Shown: positions 1 to 9,372, counted from the stretch's first letter. The stretch: DNA of 64,000 nucleotides from Burkholderiales bacterium (GCA_965279325.1 OZ257154.1:3649340-3713339), one strand, 5' to 3'. Notes: generated by a model from the sequence alone, not told the origin. Program-made: numbers and translations.

Positions 1-110
1 GGGAGACGAGGCAATGGCAGGCACCCGTCATTCATGCGGGAGCGAGTCATGCCGAGAACCGTGCGCCGAATCGTTCAGTGTTCCAAAACTCAACCTTCGA
101 GGAATCGACC

Positions 111-1199
111 ATGCCTACGCGACTGTCATTTCACGGCCTCGTGTTGCCTGCTGCATTCGTGCTGACCTCTGCAACTGCGATTGCGGAAACCACGTTCTAT
201 GGAGAGATCGACCAATTCGAGGCTCCCGGCAACATCTCGCAGATGGTGTACGCGGATCAGTACGGCAAGCTGATCGTGCGCAACTCCGGCAGTGCGATCC
301 GTGTCATCGACGTAAGTACCGGGACGACATCCACGCCGTTCCTGGCCTACTGGAATTTCAGGGACATCGACCTGACGCCCGACGGCCGTTATCTCTATGC
401 GGCCGACTATGGCGGCGAGAACATCGGGTACGGCACGCCGGCAAGCATTCATCGGGTCCATCGGCTCGACCTGGCGACCAATACGTGGGAGACGAAGCTC
501 ACGCCCGGGATTGCGGGACGGATCGAGGCGGTTTCCGAGGATCGATTCATTCTGTCGTCGCGCGATCAGTGGGTGACGTTCACCTACAACGGCTGGGGGA
601 CGACCAACGTGGCTCCGATCCTGAACGCTAGCTCGACGTCTTGGCTCGGCTACTACGCGAGCGTCTACTCCGGCGACATCGAGTACGCGGATCAGACCGG
701 CCGATTGATCCACGGCGACTCCGGGTCGAGTTCCCAGGAGATCTCGGCATTCCGGCTCAACGGCAACGACTTTGTCCGCCAGGAGGACTCCGGGATCTAC
801 GGGTCGGCCCAAGGCTACGGCGGCACCATGGTGCTCTCCCAGGATCAGGAAGCCTTCTACTATGGGCGCCTCAAGGTCGAAGCGCTGGACGTCACGCACA
901 ACCTCCAGGTGTTTCCGGAGCCGATCTACGCGGCTACGAATGCGGTTGCGTTCGGCCAGACGTTCTACTACGACGCCGAAACGGGCCTGCCGACCGACTC
1001 GCTTGGATTCCAGACGAATGTTTTCGCGCTGGGCGCCAATGGGCCGGAGCTGTGGGCATACAACGCGACCAGCGGCACGCTCCACCTGTTCGCCCCGGTT
1101 CCGGAGCCTGAAACGTACGCCCTGATGCTCGCTGGCCTGGTTTTGATGGCCACGCTTCGCCCGAGGAGCCGCCGCAACGTGCTTGTTGTCCGCGTGTGA
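111..1199 (+). CDS. PEP-CTERM sorting-domain secreted protein, function unknown
   Basis: ORF track 78..1199. ATG at 111 lies 6 nt after GAGGAA. N-terminal signal peptide (LVLPAAFVLTSATAIA). C-terminus VPEPETYALMLAGLVLMATLRPRSRR = PEP motif + TM helix + Arg-rich tail. Confidence 0.8.
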   Translation: MPTRLSFHGLVLPAAFVLTSATAIAETTFYGEIDQFEAPGNISQMVYADQYGKLIVRNSGSAIRVIDVSTGTTSTPFLAYWNFRDIDLTPDGRYLYAADYGGENIGYGTPASIHRVHRLDLATNTWETKLTPGIAGRIEAVSEDRFILSSRDQWVTFTYNGWGTTNVAPILNASSTSWLGYYASVYSGDIEYADQTGRLIHGDSGSSSQEISAFRLNGNDFVRQEDSGIYGSAQGYGGTMVLSQDQEAFYYGRLKVEALDVTHNLQVFPEPIYAATNAVAFGQTFYYDAETGLPTDSLGFQTNVFALGANGPELWAYNATSGTLHLFAPVPEPETYALMLAGLVLMATLRPRSRRNVLVVRV

Positions 1200-1571
1200 A
1201 GGCTCGATCGCGTGGTCGCGACGGTGAACTCCGACGCGACCACGCGAACTCGGTGCGTGGCAGATCGCTGCGCATGACTCGATTCGGCCGTTTCGCCCGT
1301 TCAGTGATCGGGCATAGGCCGATGAGCGTCGCCATGGCGAGCCGCGAGGTCCCTCTACACGGAGCCATACTAGCCGGGAGTGAGCGTCGCGGCACCCATC
1401 CCACATTAGGAACGGTCCGCGACAATGTCAGGAACGATGCCCGACCGGGAACGCTCCGCGGCTGAGAATTCGCGGCGACAATGCCCGCCGCGCGTCACCG
1501 GTTCGCGGTGAACGCTGCGCCCGGCGCGCTGTCGGAGCGTGGCGCGCTAACTCACAAGGAAGGAATCGCTC

Positions 1572-2522
1572 TTGAACTCCCTATCGACCGCATTGCCTCT
1601 CATCGCCGGCCTGCTCGCCGGCACCAACGGTACAGCAGCGCTAGCCCAGAGCACACTGGCTGATCCCTTCAACGACGCCCGCTACATGAGCGGCTACCGC
1701 GAAGTCGCTCCGAGTGCGGTCCCCGAGGAGCTTCAGGACGTCGAAGCCCTCACCCGCATCCGCGGGACGAAGCGCATCACCGCCTGCGGCGACCCGTATG
1801 CCTTCCCCTCCACCGAGATCACCGACGAGGCGCGCGGCTACGACGTGGACCTGGTGAAACTCGTCGCCGCAAAGGAGGGCTGGGATGCGCAGTTCGTGTG
1901 GGTCAACACCGCGAGCCGCGGCGGGATGAATCGCGCGTTTCGAACGACGATCGCGAAGGGCGTGTGCGACGTGTTCCTCGGGCTCGGAACCGGCGGCAAT
2001 GACGGACCGCTTAAGAAGTCGAAGCTCACGCTGATCGAGCCGACGTTCGGCGTGCGCTACGTTCTGGTCACCTTCGACCCGGCGCTCAAGTCGACTACCC
2101 TGGCAGAGCTGGTGCGCACGAAGACACCGGTGGGTGCGACCTACTTCTCACCGACGGAGAGCCTGCTCGAGGCGCAGGGCCTGACCCACGAGAGCTTTCC
2201 AGAAGCGCGTCGTGCGATCCAGGCGATGGCCGAAGGCAAGGTGACCGCGTCCCTGATCCCTTCGACCAGTCTCGCCGAATCGCGACGTCAGTTTCCCGAT
2301 CGAACGGTGTACGTGATCGATAGCTTCGTACCGCAGGACGCCTTCAACTGGAACAATGCGTGGGCGGTCCAGTCGAAGGAAACGCAATTGCGTGCCTTCC
2401 TGGAGGAGCGTCTCGCGGCGCTCGCCGCGTCGGGCGAGCTGCAGGCGCTGCTGGGACGTTACGGTATCCCGTACTTCCCTCCGTTCACGACTGCGCAGGC
2501 GGGCACCACCGCGACAAAGTAG
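1572..2522 (+). CDS. periplasmic family-3 solute-binding protein, MxaJ/MoxJ-like
   Basis: TTG start 6 nt after AAGGAAGGAA. Signal peptide LIAGLLAGTNGTAALA. ITACGDPYAFPS and GVCDVFLGLG resemble the paired-Cys layout of MoxJ-type binding proteins (recalled, not searched). Confidence 0.55.
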   Translation: MNSLSTALPLIAGLLAGTNGTAALAQSTLADPFNDARYMSGYREVAPSAVPEELQDVEALTRIRGTKRITACGDPYAFPSTEITDEARGYDVDLVKLVAAKEGWDAQFVWVNTASRGGMNRAFRTTIAKGVCDVFLGLGTGGNDGPLKKSKLTLIEPTFGVRYVLVTFDPALKSTTLAELVRTKTPVGATYFSPTESLLEAQGLTHESFPEARRAIQAMAEGKVTASLIPSTSLAESRRQFPDRTVYVIDSFVPQDAFNWNNAWAVQSKETQLRAFLEERLAALAASGELQALLGRYGIPYFPPFTTAQAGTTATK

Positions 2523-2771
2523 TTCATTGTCTGGCGCACCAGCGCGAAGCCGGGTATGCACGGTAGCCGATCAACCTGATCGAGCTTCAACGAATGGTCG
2601 CATCGCGTCCATGACGACGCGGTGTATGAATCAGTGCTTCCCCAGCCACACGTAGCGTCAAGTTCGGTACCATCTTGGACGAGGCGATCGCCAGGTATCA
2701 GGTCGTAGCCAGCATGAAATCTGCCTCATGTAAGTTTTTCGAGATCGAATGACTACTTTGGAGGCACGGCA

Positions 2772-4415
2772 ATGAAGAACATCTTGTTGCGAATCTTGAT
2801 GGCGCTGGCTGTGGCGACCGGACTGGCAAGCCCGCTTGCGGCTCAGGCGCAGAAGAAGCCCAACATCCTCGTCATCTGGGGCGACGACATCGGTATCGCC
2901 AACGTCAGCGCCTACAGTAGTGGCGTGATGGGCTACGAGACCCCCAACATCGATCGCATCGCCAAGGAAGGCATCCGCTTCCAGCACTACTACGGCGAGC
3001 AGAGTTGCACGGCGGGGCGCGCCGCGTTCCTGACCGGCCAGCACGGCATCCGCACCGGTCTCACGAAGGTGGGATTCCCGGGTGCGCCCATGGGCATGAG
3101 CCAGCTCGATCCCTCCATCGGCGGGCTGCTCAAGAACCTCGGGTACGCCACCGGGCAATTCGGCAAGAACCACGTCGGCGATCGCAATCCCAGCTTGCCT
3201 ACGGTGAACGGCTTCGACGAGTTCTTCGGGAATCTCTACCACTTGAACGCCGAGGAGGAGCCTGAACTGGTCGACTATCCGAAGGACCCGGCCTACCGCG
3301 CGAAGTTCGGCCCTCGCGGCGTACTGCGGACCAAGGCCACCGACAAGGACGATCCCACTGTCGATCCGCGCTTCGGCAAGGTCGGCAAGCAGACCATCGA
3401 AGACACGGGAGCGCTGACCAAGAAGCGGATGGAGACGGTCGACGACGAAACGTCGGCAGCGGCCATCGAGTTCATGCAGCGCCAGCATGCTGCCGGCAAG
3501 CCGTTCTTCACCTGGTTCAACGCGACGCGCATGCACTTGCGAACGCACGTGCGCGTTGAACATCGGGGCCGCTACCAGCACGGCGACAGCGAATACAACG
3601 ACGGCATGATCGAGCACGACGAAACCGTCGGTGCGCTGCTGAAGGCGCTGGACGACATGGGCATCGCCGAGGACACCATCGTGTTCTACAGCAGCGACAA
3701 CGGCCCGCACATGAATACCTGGCCGGACGGCGCCATGACGCCCTACCGCTCGGAGAAGAACACCAACTGGGAGGGTGCTTTCCGCGTCCCGGCGCTGGTC
3801 CGCTGGCCCGGCGTCATCAAGCCGGGTACGGTAACCAACGAACTCATGAGCCACAACGACTGGATCCCGACGCTCGCCTCAATCGCCGGCGAACCGGATC
3901 TCGTCAACAAGCTGAAGAAGGGCTACACCGCCAACGGCATCAAGTACAAGGTGCATCTCGACGGCTACGACCAGTCGAACTTCCTGCGCACCGTGAGTGG
4001 GACCGCGGGCAACAACAACGGAGTGAAGAGCGCGCGCGACTCCTACTTCTACGCCGATGACGACGGTCTGCTAGTCGGCATGCGGAAGGGCGACTACAAA
4101 TTCGTCTACGCGGAGCAACGCTTGGCGGGCACGATGGGCGTGTGGGCCGAGCCTTTCGTCAAACTGCGCCTGCAGAAGATCTTCAACCTGTTTCAGGATC
4201 CTTACGAGCGCGCCGACATCACCTCGAACACGTTCTGGGACTGGAATTTGAATCACGTCGGGGGCATGTACGGAATAATGGACGATGTGTTCAAGTTCGC
4301 GGCGACGTTCAAGGACTACCCGCCACGCTCGTTCCCACCGAGCTTCAACCCGGCCACGGTGCTGGAGCAGACTCTCGACGAGATCAAGGATTCCCGGCAA
4401 CAGAAAGGCAAGTAA
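2772..4415 (+). CDS. arylsulfatase (Cys-type, formylglycine-dependent)
   Basis: GGAGG 7 nt upstream of the ATG. Signal peptide. ILVIWGDDIG block and sulfatase signature SCTAGRAAFLTGQ (C-x-A-x-R). Confidence 0.9.
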   Translation: MKNILLRILMALAVATGLASPLAAQAQKKPNILVIWGDDIGIANVSAYSSGVMGYETPNIDRIAKEGIRFQHYYGEQSCTAGRAAFLTGQHGIRTGLTKVGFPGAPMGMSQLDPSIGGLLKNLGYATGQFGKNHVGDRNPSLPTVNGFDEFFGNLYHLNAEEEPELVDYPKDPAYRAKFGPRGVLRTKATDKDDPTVDPRFGKVGKQTIEDTGALTKKRMETVDDETSAAAIEFMQRQHAAGKPFFTWFNATRMHLRTHVRVEHRGRYQHGDSEYNDGMIEHDETVGALLKALDDMGIAEDTIVFYSSDNGPHMNTWPDGAMTPYRSEKNTNWEGAFRVPALVRWPGVIKPGTVTNELMSHNDWIPTLASIAGEPDLVNKLKKGYTANGIKYKVHLDGYDQSNFLRTVSGTAGNNNGVKSARDSYFYADDDGLLVGMRKGDYKFVYAEQRLAGTMGVWAEPFVKLRLQKIFNLFQDPYERADITSNTFWDWNLNHVGGMYGIMDDVFKFAATFKDYPPRSFPPSFNPATVLEQTLDEIKDSRQQKGK

Positions 4416-4450
4416 GCGGCCGTCGAACGAGATTCGCAGTCGTCGAAATA

Positions 4451-4513
4451 CCTTGCCCGGTGAGACATCGGGGAGGCCGGAGACATTGAATCCGGCCGAG
4501 ATACCGGGCAAGG
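4451..4513. terminator. nested stem-loop between convergent genes (possible bidirectional terminator)
   Basis: Outer 11-bp stem CCTTGCCCGGT / ACCGGGCAAGG (4451-4461 / 4503-4513) encloses inner GGCCGGA / TCCGGCC (4475-4481 / 4491-4497). No clear U-tract. Confidence 0.35.
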
Positions 4514-4629
4514 GGCGACACGCCGCTGACGTCGGCGGACCGATCATGTCAGGCCATGCACTCAGTGAGGGGAAGCCGGCGCGTCCTCGAAGGGGACCCC
4601 GCCGGCGATCCAGTCCTGGTGCAGGGTCG

Positions 4630-5874
4630 CTAGTCGTACTTGCGCAAGTCCTCGATCACCTTCCCGTCGTTCGGCAGCTTGCCGGGAAGCATGAAGGCGA
4701 TCTCACCACGGAGCTTGCACACTTCGCGGACCGAGTCGGCGATCGCATTGGCCAATCCTTCGGGTGCCGCACCGTCCATTTCGACAGCTAGCGTCATCAC
4801 GTCGTTGCGATCCGCGTCGTGCGTGACCGTCAGGCGCGCGCGGAGGATCTGCGGGTGCCGCTTGACCACTTCGTTCACCTGCGACGGGTGCACGAACATG
4901 CCCTTCACCTTCGTGGTCTGGTCGGCCCGGCCCATCCAGCCCTTGATGCGCACGTTGGTGCGCCCGCACGGGCTGATCCCGGGCAGGATCGCAGACAGGT
5001 CGCCGGTCGCGAATCGGATGAGCGGATACTCGGTCGTGAAGGTGGTCACCACCACTTCGCCGACTTCGCCGGGGGCCACCGGATCCCCGGTGCCGGGACG
5101 CAGGATCTCGAGAATGACCCCCTCGTCCACCACGAGGCCTTCGCGCGCTTCGGTCTCGTAGGCGATGAGACCGAGGTCGGCGGTGCCGTAGCACTGGTAC
5201 CCGGCGATCCCGCGGTCCGCGAGCATCTGCCGCACCGGCGGCAGGAAAGCCTCGCCGCTGACGGACGCCTTCCTGATGCTGGAGACATCGATCTTCAACT
5301 CGTCCGCCTTCTCCAGGATGATCTTGAGGAACGAAGGCGTGCCTGCGTAGCACGGCGGCTTGAGATCGGCGATGGTCTGCACCTGCAGTTCGGTCTGGCC
5401 GATGCCCGCCGGAAACACCGGGCAGCCGATGGCCTGCGCGGCGAGGTCCATCATGAATCCCGCCGGCGTGAAGTGGTACGAGAACGTGTTGTGCACGAGC
5501 TCGCCTTCGCGGAACCCCGCGGCGTACAGCGCGCGCGCAAAGCCCCAGAAATCCTTCTGGTCGCCCTGCGGGTCGTAGATGGGTCCTGGCGATGCGAAGA
5601 CTCGGCCGAGCTGCGAAGGCTTCACCGCCGTCATGCCGGCGAACGGCAGCGATGCTTTCTGCAGCGCGATGAGATCGGACTTGCGCGTGACCGGCAGCGA
5701 GGCAAGCGCCCTGCGGCTCGAGATCTCGTGCGGCTGGACGTCGGCCAGCAGCTTCGCGAAGTAGGGCGCGTTCCGTCTCGCGTTGGCGATCTGGTCGGGC
5801 AGGGCGTTGAACAGCGCCCGCTCGCGCACTTCCGTCGAGCGGGTTTCGAGATCGTCGAGATAGGGTTTGGTCAT
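4630..5874 (-). CDS. phenylacetate-CoA ligase-like adenylate-forming enzyme (PaaK / F390-synthetase family)
   Basis: ORF track 4630..5904, trimmed to ATG at 5874 (MTKPYLDDLE...). Family resemblance across the whole length. Last gene of a Liv-type ABC operon, a context I recall for this family. Confidence 0.7.
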   Translation of the reverse strand: MTKPYLDDLETRSTEVRERALFNALPDQIANARRNAPYFAKLLADVQPHEISSRRALASLPVTRKSDLIALQKASLPFAGMTAVKPSQLGRVFASPGPIYDPQGDQKDFWGFARALYAAGFREGELVHNTFSYHFTPAGFMMDLAAQAIGCPVFPAGIGQTELQVQTIADLKPPCYAGTPSFLKIILEKADELKIDVSSIRKASVSGEAFLPPVRQMLADRGIAGYQCYGTADLGLIAYETEAREGLVVDEGVILEILRPGTGDPVAPGEVGEVVVTTFTTEYPLIRFATGDLSAILPGISPCGRTNVRIKGWMGRADQTTKVKGMFVHPSQVNEVVKRHPQILRARLTVTHDADRNDVMTLAVEMDGAAPEGLANAIADSVREVCKLRGEIAFMLPGKLPNDGKVIEDLRKYD

Positions 5875-5875
5875 G

Positions 5876-5950
5876 GTCAGTGGCGCCGGGCCGCCCCAAG
5901 GCACTGACGCGCCCCCTCGGGGGGCAGCGAACGCAGAGAGCGTGGGGGCC
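5876..5950. repeat. family-1 structured repeat, copy 1
   Basis: GTCAGTGGCGCCGGGCCGCCCCAAGGCACTGACGCGCCCCCTCGGGGGGCAGCGAACGCAGAGAGCGTGGGGGCC. Near-identical copies at 13195 and 31669. Fills the 84-nt gap between the stop at 5959 and the start at 5874. Confidence 0.9.
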
Positions 5951-5958
5951 GTTGCATC

Positions 5959-6762
5959 CTAGGCAAGCCAGCGCTTGCGCCGGCGATAGTGTTTCGCGTC
6001 GCGGAAGCTCTTGCGGCCCGCGGTGGACAGACCGAGGTAGAACTCCTTCACGTCCTCGTTGCTGCGCAGTTCCCCGGCGTCGCCTTCCATCACGACACGC
6101 CCGTTCTCGAGGATGTAGCCGTAGTCGGCGTAGCGCAGCGCCACCATCGTGTTCTGCTCGGCCAGCAGGAAGCTCACGCGTTCCTTCGCGTTGAGGTCCT
6201 TCACGATCTCGAAGATCTCCTCGACTACCTGGGGCGCGAGGCCCATGGAAGGTTCGTCCAGCAGGATCATGTTCGGGCGCGCCATGAGCGCGCGGCCGAT
6301 GGCGGTCATCTGCTGTTCCCCACCCGACGTATAGCCGGACTGGCTCGTGCGCCGCACCTTGAGCCGCGGGAAATAGCCGTAGACGCGTTCGAGATCCTGG
6401 CGGATCTCCGCACGCGAAGCCGAACGCGTGAATGCGCCGGTGAGCAGATTCTCTTCGATGGTCAGATGCTGGAAGCAGTGACGGCCTTCCATCACCTGAA
6501 CAACGCCGCGCTTCACCAGTTCCGACGGACTGAGCCGGTCGATGCGATCGCCGCGATACTCGATCCCGCCCTTCGTGACTTCGCCCCGCTCCGAATGCAG
6601 CAGATTGGAGATGGCCTTCAGCGTCGTGGTCTTGCCGGCGCCGTTGGCACCCAGGAGCGCGACGATGCGCCCCTCGGGCACCTCGAGCGAGACGCCCTTC
6701 AACACGAGGATCACGTGGTCGTAGATGACCTCGATGTTGTTTATCGCGAGTAACGCGGACAT
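5959..6762 (-). CDS. ABC transporter ATP-binding protein, LivF-type
   Basis: ORF track 5959..6795, probable start MSALLAINNIEV at 6762. Walker A GANGAGKTT, signature SGGEQQM, Walker B ILLDEPS. Confidence 0.9.
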   Translation of the reverse strand: MSALLAINNIEVIYDHVILVLKGVSLEVPEGRIVALLGANGAGKTTTLKAISNLLHSERGEVTKGGIEYRGDRIDRLSPSELVKRGVVQVMEGRHCFQHLTIEENLLTGAFTRSASRAEIRQDLERVYGYFPRLKVRRTSQSGYTSGGEQQMTAIGRALMARPNMILLDEPSMGLAPQVVEEIFEIVKDLNAKERVSFLLAEQNTMVALRYADYGYILENGRVVMEGDAGELRSNEDVKEFYLGLSTAGRKSFRDAKHYRRRKRWLA

Positions 6763-6781
6763 TGGAAGATCAAGCGCTTTC

Positions 6782-6877
6782 AACACGAAGGACACGAAGA
6801 ACGCGAAGGAAAACCAAGGAAGGGATCGAGCCCGGTAGGCTCAGGTCTCCTTCGTTCCCTTCGAGTCCTTCGTGTTT
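6782..6877. repeat. family-3 long imperfect hairpin repeat (ACGAAGGAC-type arms), copy a
   Basis: Left arm AACACGAAGGACACGAAGAACGCGAAGGA is complementary to right arm TCCTTCGTTCCCTTCGAGTCCTTCGTGTT. Lies in the gap between the SBP stop (6897) and the LivF-type start (6762). Confidence 0.85.
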
Positions 6878-6896
6878 CAAGATTTTCCTTTCCCCG

Positions 6897-8216
6897 TCAG
6901 CCGCCAAGACACCCCGGCTTGATGCCCTTCTCGGCGGCGTACTTCGCTGCCGATTCCTCGATCATCGTGCGCACCATCTGCCGGTCGCCGCTGATCCAGT
7001 CGGACACCGCCTTCCACTCCGTCCCGGTCCATTGCTGGAAGCGCACCAGGCCGCTGCCGCCGTGATCGGTGCACGACAGCTTGATCGGCGGCAGCATGGT
7101 GTTGAACCCGAGCGTCTTCAGGCGGCCGGCGTTGATGTCCAGGTTCTCCATGCCCCAGCGGATCTGCTCGCCGCTCAACACCTTCTTGCCGTACTTCTCC
7201 TGCCCCTTGCGCACGGCCTCGACGGTGATCATGGCCGCGCCTACGCCGCGGTTCCACAGCACGGTGCCGATCTGTTTCGGATTGCCGTTGCCCTTGCCCT
7301 TCTTGTACACGATGTCTTCGATGTCCTTGACCACCGGATAACCCTTGCCGGCAAGGTTCAGGCTGGCCGCGTAATAGCCGTTGGCCGCCGCGCCCGCCAC
7401 TTCGGTATCGATCTCGGAGCCGGCCCACCAGTTGCCCACCATCTTCTCGCGCGGGAAGCCGACCTTCTGCGCGGTCTGCAGCGCGGTCGCATTCATCACG
7501 CCCCAGCCCCACAGGATCACCCAGTTGGGCTGGTACTGCCGGATCTGCAGCCATTGCGATTGCTGCTCGTTGCCGGGATGGGGGACGGGGATCATGCGCA
7601 ATTCGAAACCGAGCTTCTTGGCCTCGGCTTCGAGCACGGAATGCGGTTCCTTGCCGTAGGCGGAGTCGTGATACAGCAGCACGATCTTCTTGCCCTTGAG
7701 ATCGCCGCCTTCCTTGTCGCCGATGAACTTGATGATGCCGGTGGCGGCGTCCCAGTAGTTCGATTGCACCGGGAACACCCACGGGAACACGCGACCGTCG
7801 GTGGCATCGGTGCGACCGTAGCCCAGCGTGATGAGCGGGATCTTGTCGGCCGGCGCCTTGTCGATGAGCGCATAGGTGATGCCGGTGGACATCGGATGGA
7901 TGGCCGTCGGGCCCGTGGCGGATTTGGTCTTGAGGCGCTCGTAGCACTCGACGCCCTTGGCGTTGTTGTACTCGGTCTCGCACTCCTCCCACGAAAGCTT
8001 GACGCCGTTGACGCCGCCGTCGCGCTCGTTCACCAGGGAGAGATAGTCGATGAACCCGCCGAAGAACGCAGCACCGTTCGCGCCGTAGGGGCCGACACGA
8101 TAGCTGGTGATGCCGATGAACTGGGTCCCCGCCTGTTGCGCGAAGGCCGGAATCGCTGCAGCGGCGCCGGCGATGGCGAGAACCGCGGTGATGGCTGTCT
8201 GCTTCCAGGTCTTCAT
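6897..8216 (-). CDS. ABC transporter substrate-binding protein, LivK (branched-chain amino acid binding protein) family
   Basis: Signal peptide AITAVLAIAGAAAAIPAFA. Full-length resemblance to Leu/Ile/Val-binding-protein-family receptors. AAGGAGGAG upstream of the ATG. Confidence 0.85.
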   Translation of the reverse strand: MKTWKQTAITAVLAIAGAAAAIPAFAQQAGTQFIGITSYRVGPYGANGAAFFGGFIDYLSLVNERDGGVNGVKLSWEECETEYNNAKGVECYERLKTKSATGPTAIHPMSTGITYALIDKAPADKIPLITLGYGRTDATDGRVFPWVFPVQSNYWDAATGIIKFIGDKEGGDLKGKKIVLLYHDSAYGKEPHSVLEAEAKKLGFELRMIPVPHPGNEQQSQWLQIRQYQPNWVILWGWGVMNATALQTAQKVGFPREKMVGNWWAGSEIDTEVAGAAANGYYAASLNLAGKGYPVVKDIEDIVYKKGKGNGNPKQIGTVLWNRGVGAAMITVEAVRKGQEKYGKKVLSGEQIRWGMENLDINAGRLKTLGFNTMLPPIKLSCTDHGGSGLVRFQQWTGTEWKAVSDWISGDRQMVRTMIEESAAKYAAEKGIKPGCLGG

Positions 8217-8295
8217 GGTGCTCCTCCTTGGTATTGTTCCGGTCGACCCGGGAATTCCTTAACGCTTGCGGCACCGTCTCCCGTTGACCAGTCGG

Positions 8296-9372
8296 CTAGT
8301 GCGGGAACGGCCATAGTCTCAATTTCTCTTTCAGGATCTGCCAGAGCCGCGCGAGCCCGTGCGGCTCCACGATCAGGAAGAAGATGATCAGCGCACCGAA
8401 CACCACGAGCTGTGCCATGGACGTCGTGCCGGAGGGCAGATTCAGGTTGAGCGCGGCGGCGCCGTCCGTCAACAGCACGTCGAGGAAGATCGGCAGCAAG
8501 GTGATGAACGCGGCACCGAGGAACGAACCGAGGATGCTGCCCACGCCGCCGATGATGACCATGAACAGGATGCGGAACGACAGGTCCAGGTTGAAGCCGT
8601 CCGGCTCCACGCTGCCGAGGTACGCGAAGGCGTAGAGCGCACCTGCCACGCCGCAGTAGAACGAACTCACCGCGAAGGCGATCAGCTTGGTGTGCATGAT
8701 GCGGATGCCGATGACTTCCGCCGCCACGTCCATGTCGCGCACCGCCATCCAGGCGCGGCCGATGGAGCTGCGCACCATGTTCTTCGCCGCGAGCGCCATC
8801 ACTGCGACGATCGCGAGCACCAGGAGATACTTGCGCACCGGGGTATCGAAAGCGAACCCGAGGATCTCGATCGGCTGCGCGGTGATGACGCCCGAAGAAC
8901 TGTTGTTGGAGAACCAGGACACCTTCACCAGCAGCCATGGGATGAAGAACTGCGCGGCAAGCGTGGCCACGGCGAGGTAGAAGCCCTTGATCCGCAGGCT
9001 TGGCAGGCCGAACGCCACGCCGACCAGCGCCGAGGTCAACCCACCGAGCACGAAGCTCAACAGGATCGGCATGCCCGGAATGCGCAGCTGGAAGTTGTAG
9101 GCGGCGACCGCGCCGACCGCCATGAACGCCGCGGTTCCCAGCGACAACTGGCCCGCGTAGCCGGTGAGGATGTTGAGGCCGAGCGTCGCGAGCGCGAACA
9201 CCAGCAGCGGGATCAGGATGGCGGTGAGCCAATAGTTGGTCGCCACCAGCGGAATCACCACGAACGAGACCACCAGCAGCGCGACGAACGCGTACCGGTC
9301 CTGCCGGATCGGGAACAGCTGCTGATCGGCGGCATAGGTGGTCTTGAACTGGCCGGATTCGCGGTAGAGCAT
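8296..9372 (-). CDS. ABC transporter permease, LivM-type
   Basis: Multi-TM protein with LGLNILTGYAGQLSLG and VGGVGSILGSFLGAAF blocks typical of LivM. Confidence 0.9.
   Translation of the reverse strand: MLYRESGQFKTTYAADQQLFPIRQDRYAFVALLVVSFVVIPLVATNYWLTAILIPLLVFALATLGLNILTGYAGQLSLGTAAFMAVGAVAAYNFQLRIPGMPILLSFVLGGLTSALVGVAFGLPSLRIKGFYLAVATLAAQFFIPWLLVKVSWFSNNSSSGVITAQPIEILGFAFDTPVRKYLLVLAIVAVMALAAKNMVRSSIGRAWMAVRDMDVAAEVIGIRIMHTKLIAFAVSSFYCGVAGALYAFAYLGSVEPDGFNLDLSFRILFMVIIGGVGSILGSFLGAAFITLLPIFLDVLLTDGAAALNLNLPSGTTSMAQLVVFGALIIFFLIVEPHGLARLWQILKEKLRLWPFPH

Noticed and set aside
126-1406. Long ORFs antisense to, or out of frame with, recognised genes. Examples: 126..1406(-), 6762..8387(+), 9451..10767(+), 19410..21539(+), 23929..25494(+), 56665..58497(-), 59920..61725(-).
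   Set aside because: Each overlaps a gene with clear family motifs on the other strand or in another frame. Their products are Arg/Ala/Gly/Pro-rich low-complexity strings, typical of stop-codon-poor high-GC DNA. No motif or SD supports them.
1572-2522. MoxJ-like binding protein considered as an accessory component of the PQQ dehydrogenase at 60244.
   Set aside because: The two genes are about 58 kb apart with many unrelated operons between them. The binding-protein gene is adjacent to an arylsulfatase gene instead, so linkage cannot be argued from this window.
5875-5904. N-terminal extensions encoded by the family-1 repeat (MPWGGPAPLT-M... at 5904 and MVWGGPAPLTI-M... at 31697). The in-element GTG lies 7 nt after GAGGGGG.
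   Set aside because: In the third copy (13195-13270) the same GTG is 29 nt from the gene ATG, so it is out of frame. The spacing to the ATG varies (1, 0 and 4 nt). Homologous enzyme families start at the downstream ATG. A conserved coding extension is therefore not supported.
6782-6877. Short periodic units (ACGAAGGAC...) considered as a possible CRISPR or tandem-repeat array.
   Set aside because: The units are only about 9-10 nt with no spacers. They form the two complementary arms of a single hairpin, and no cas genes are present.
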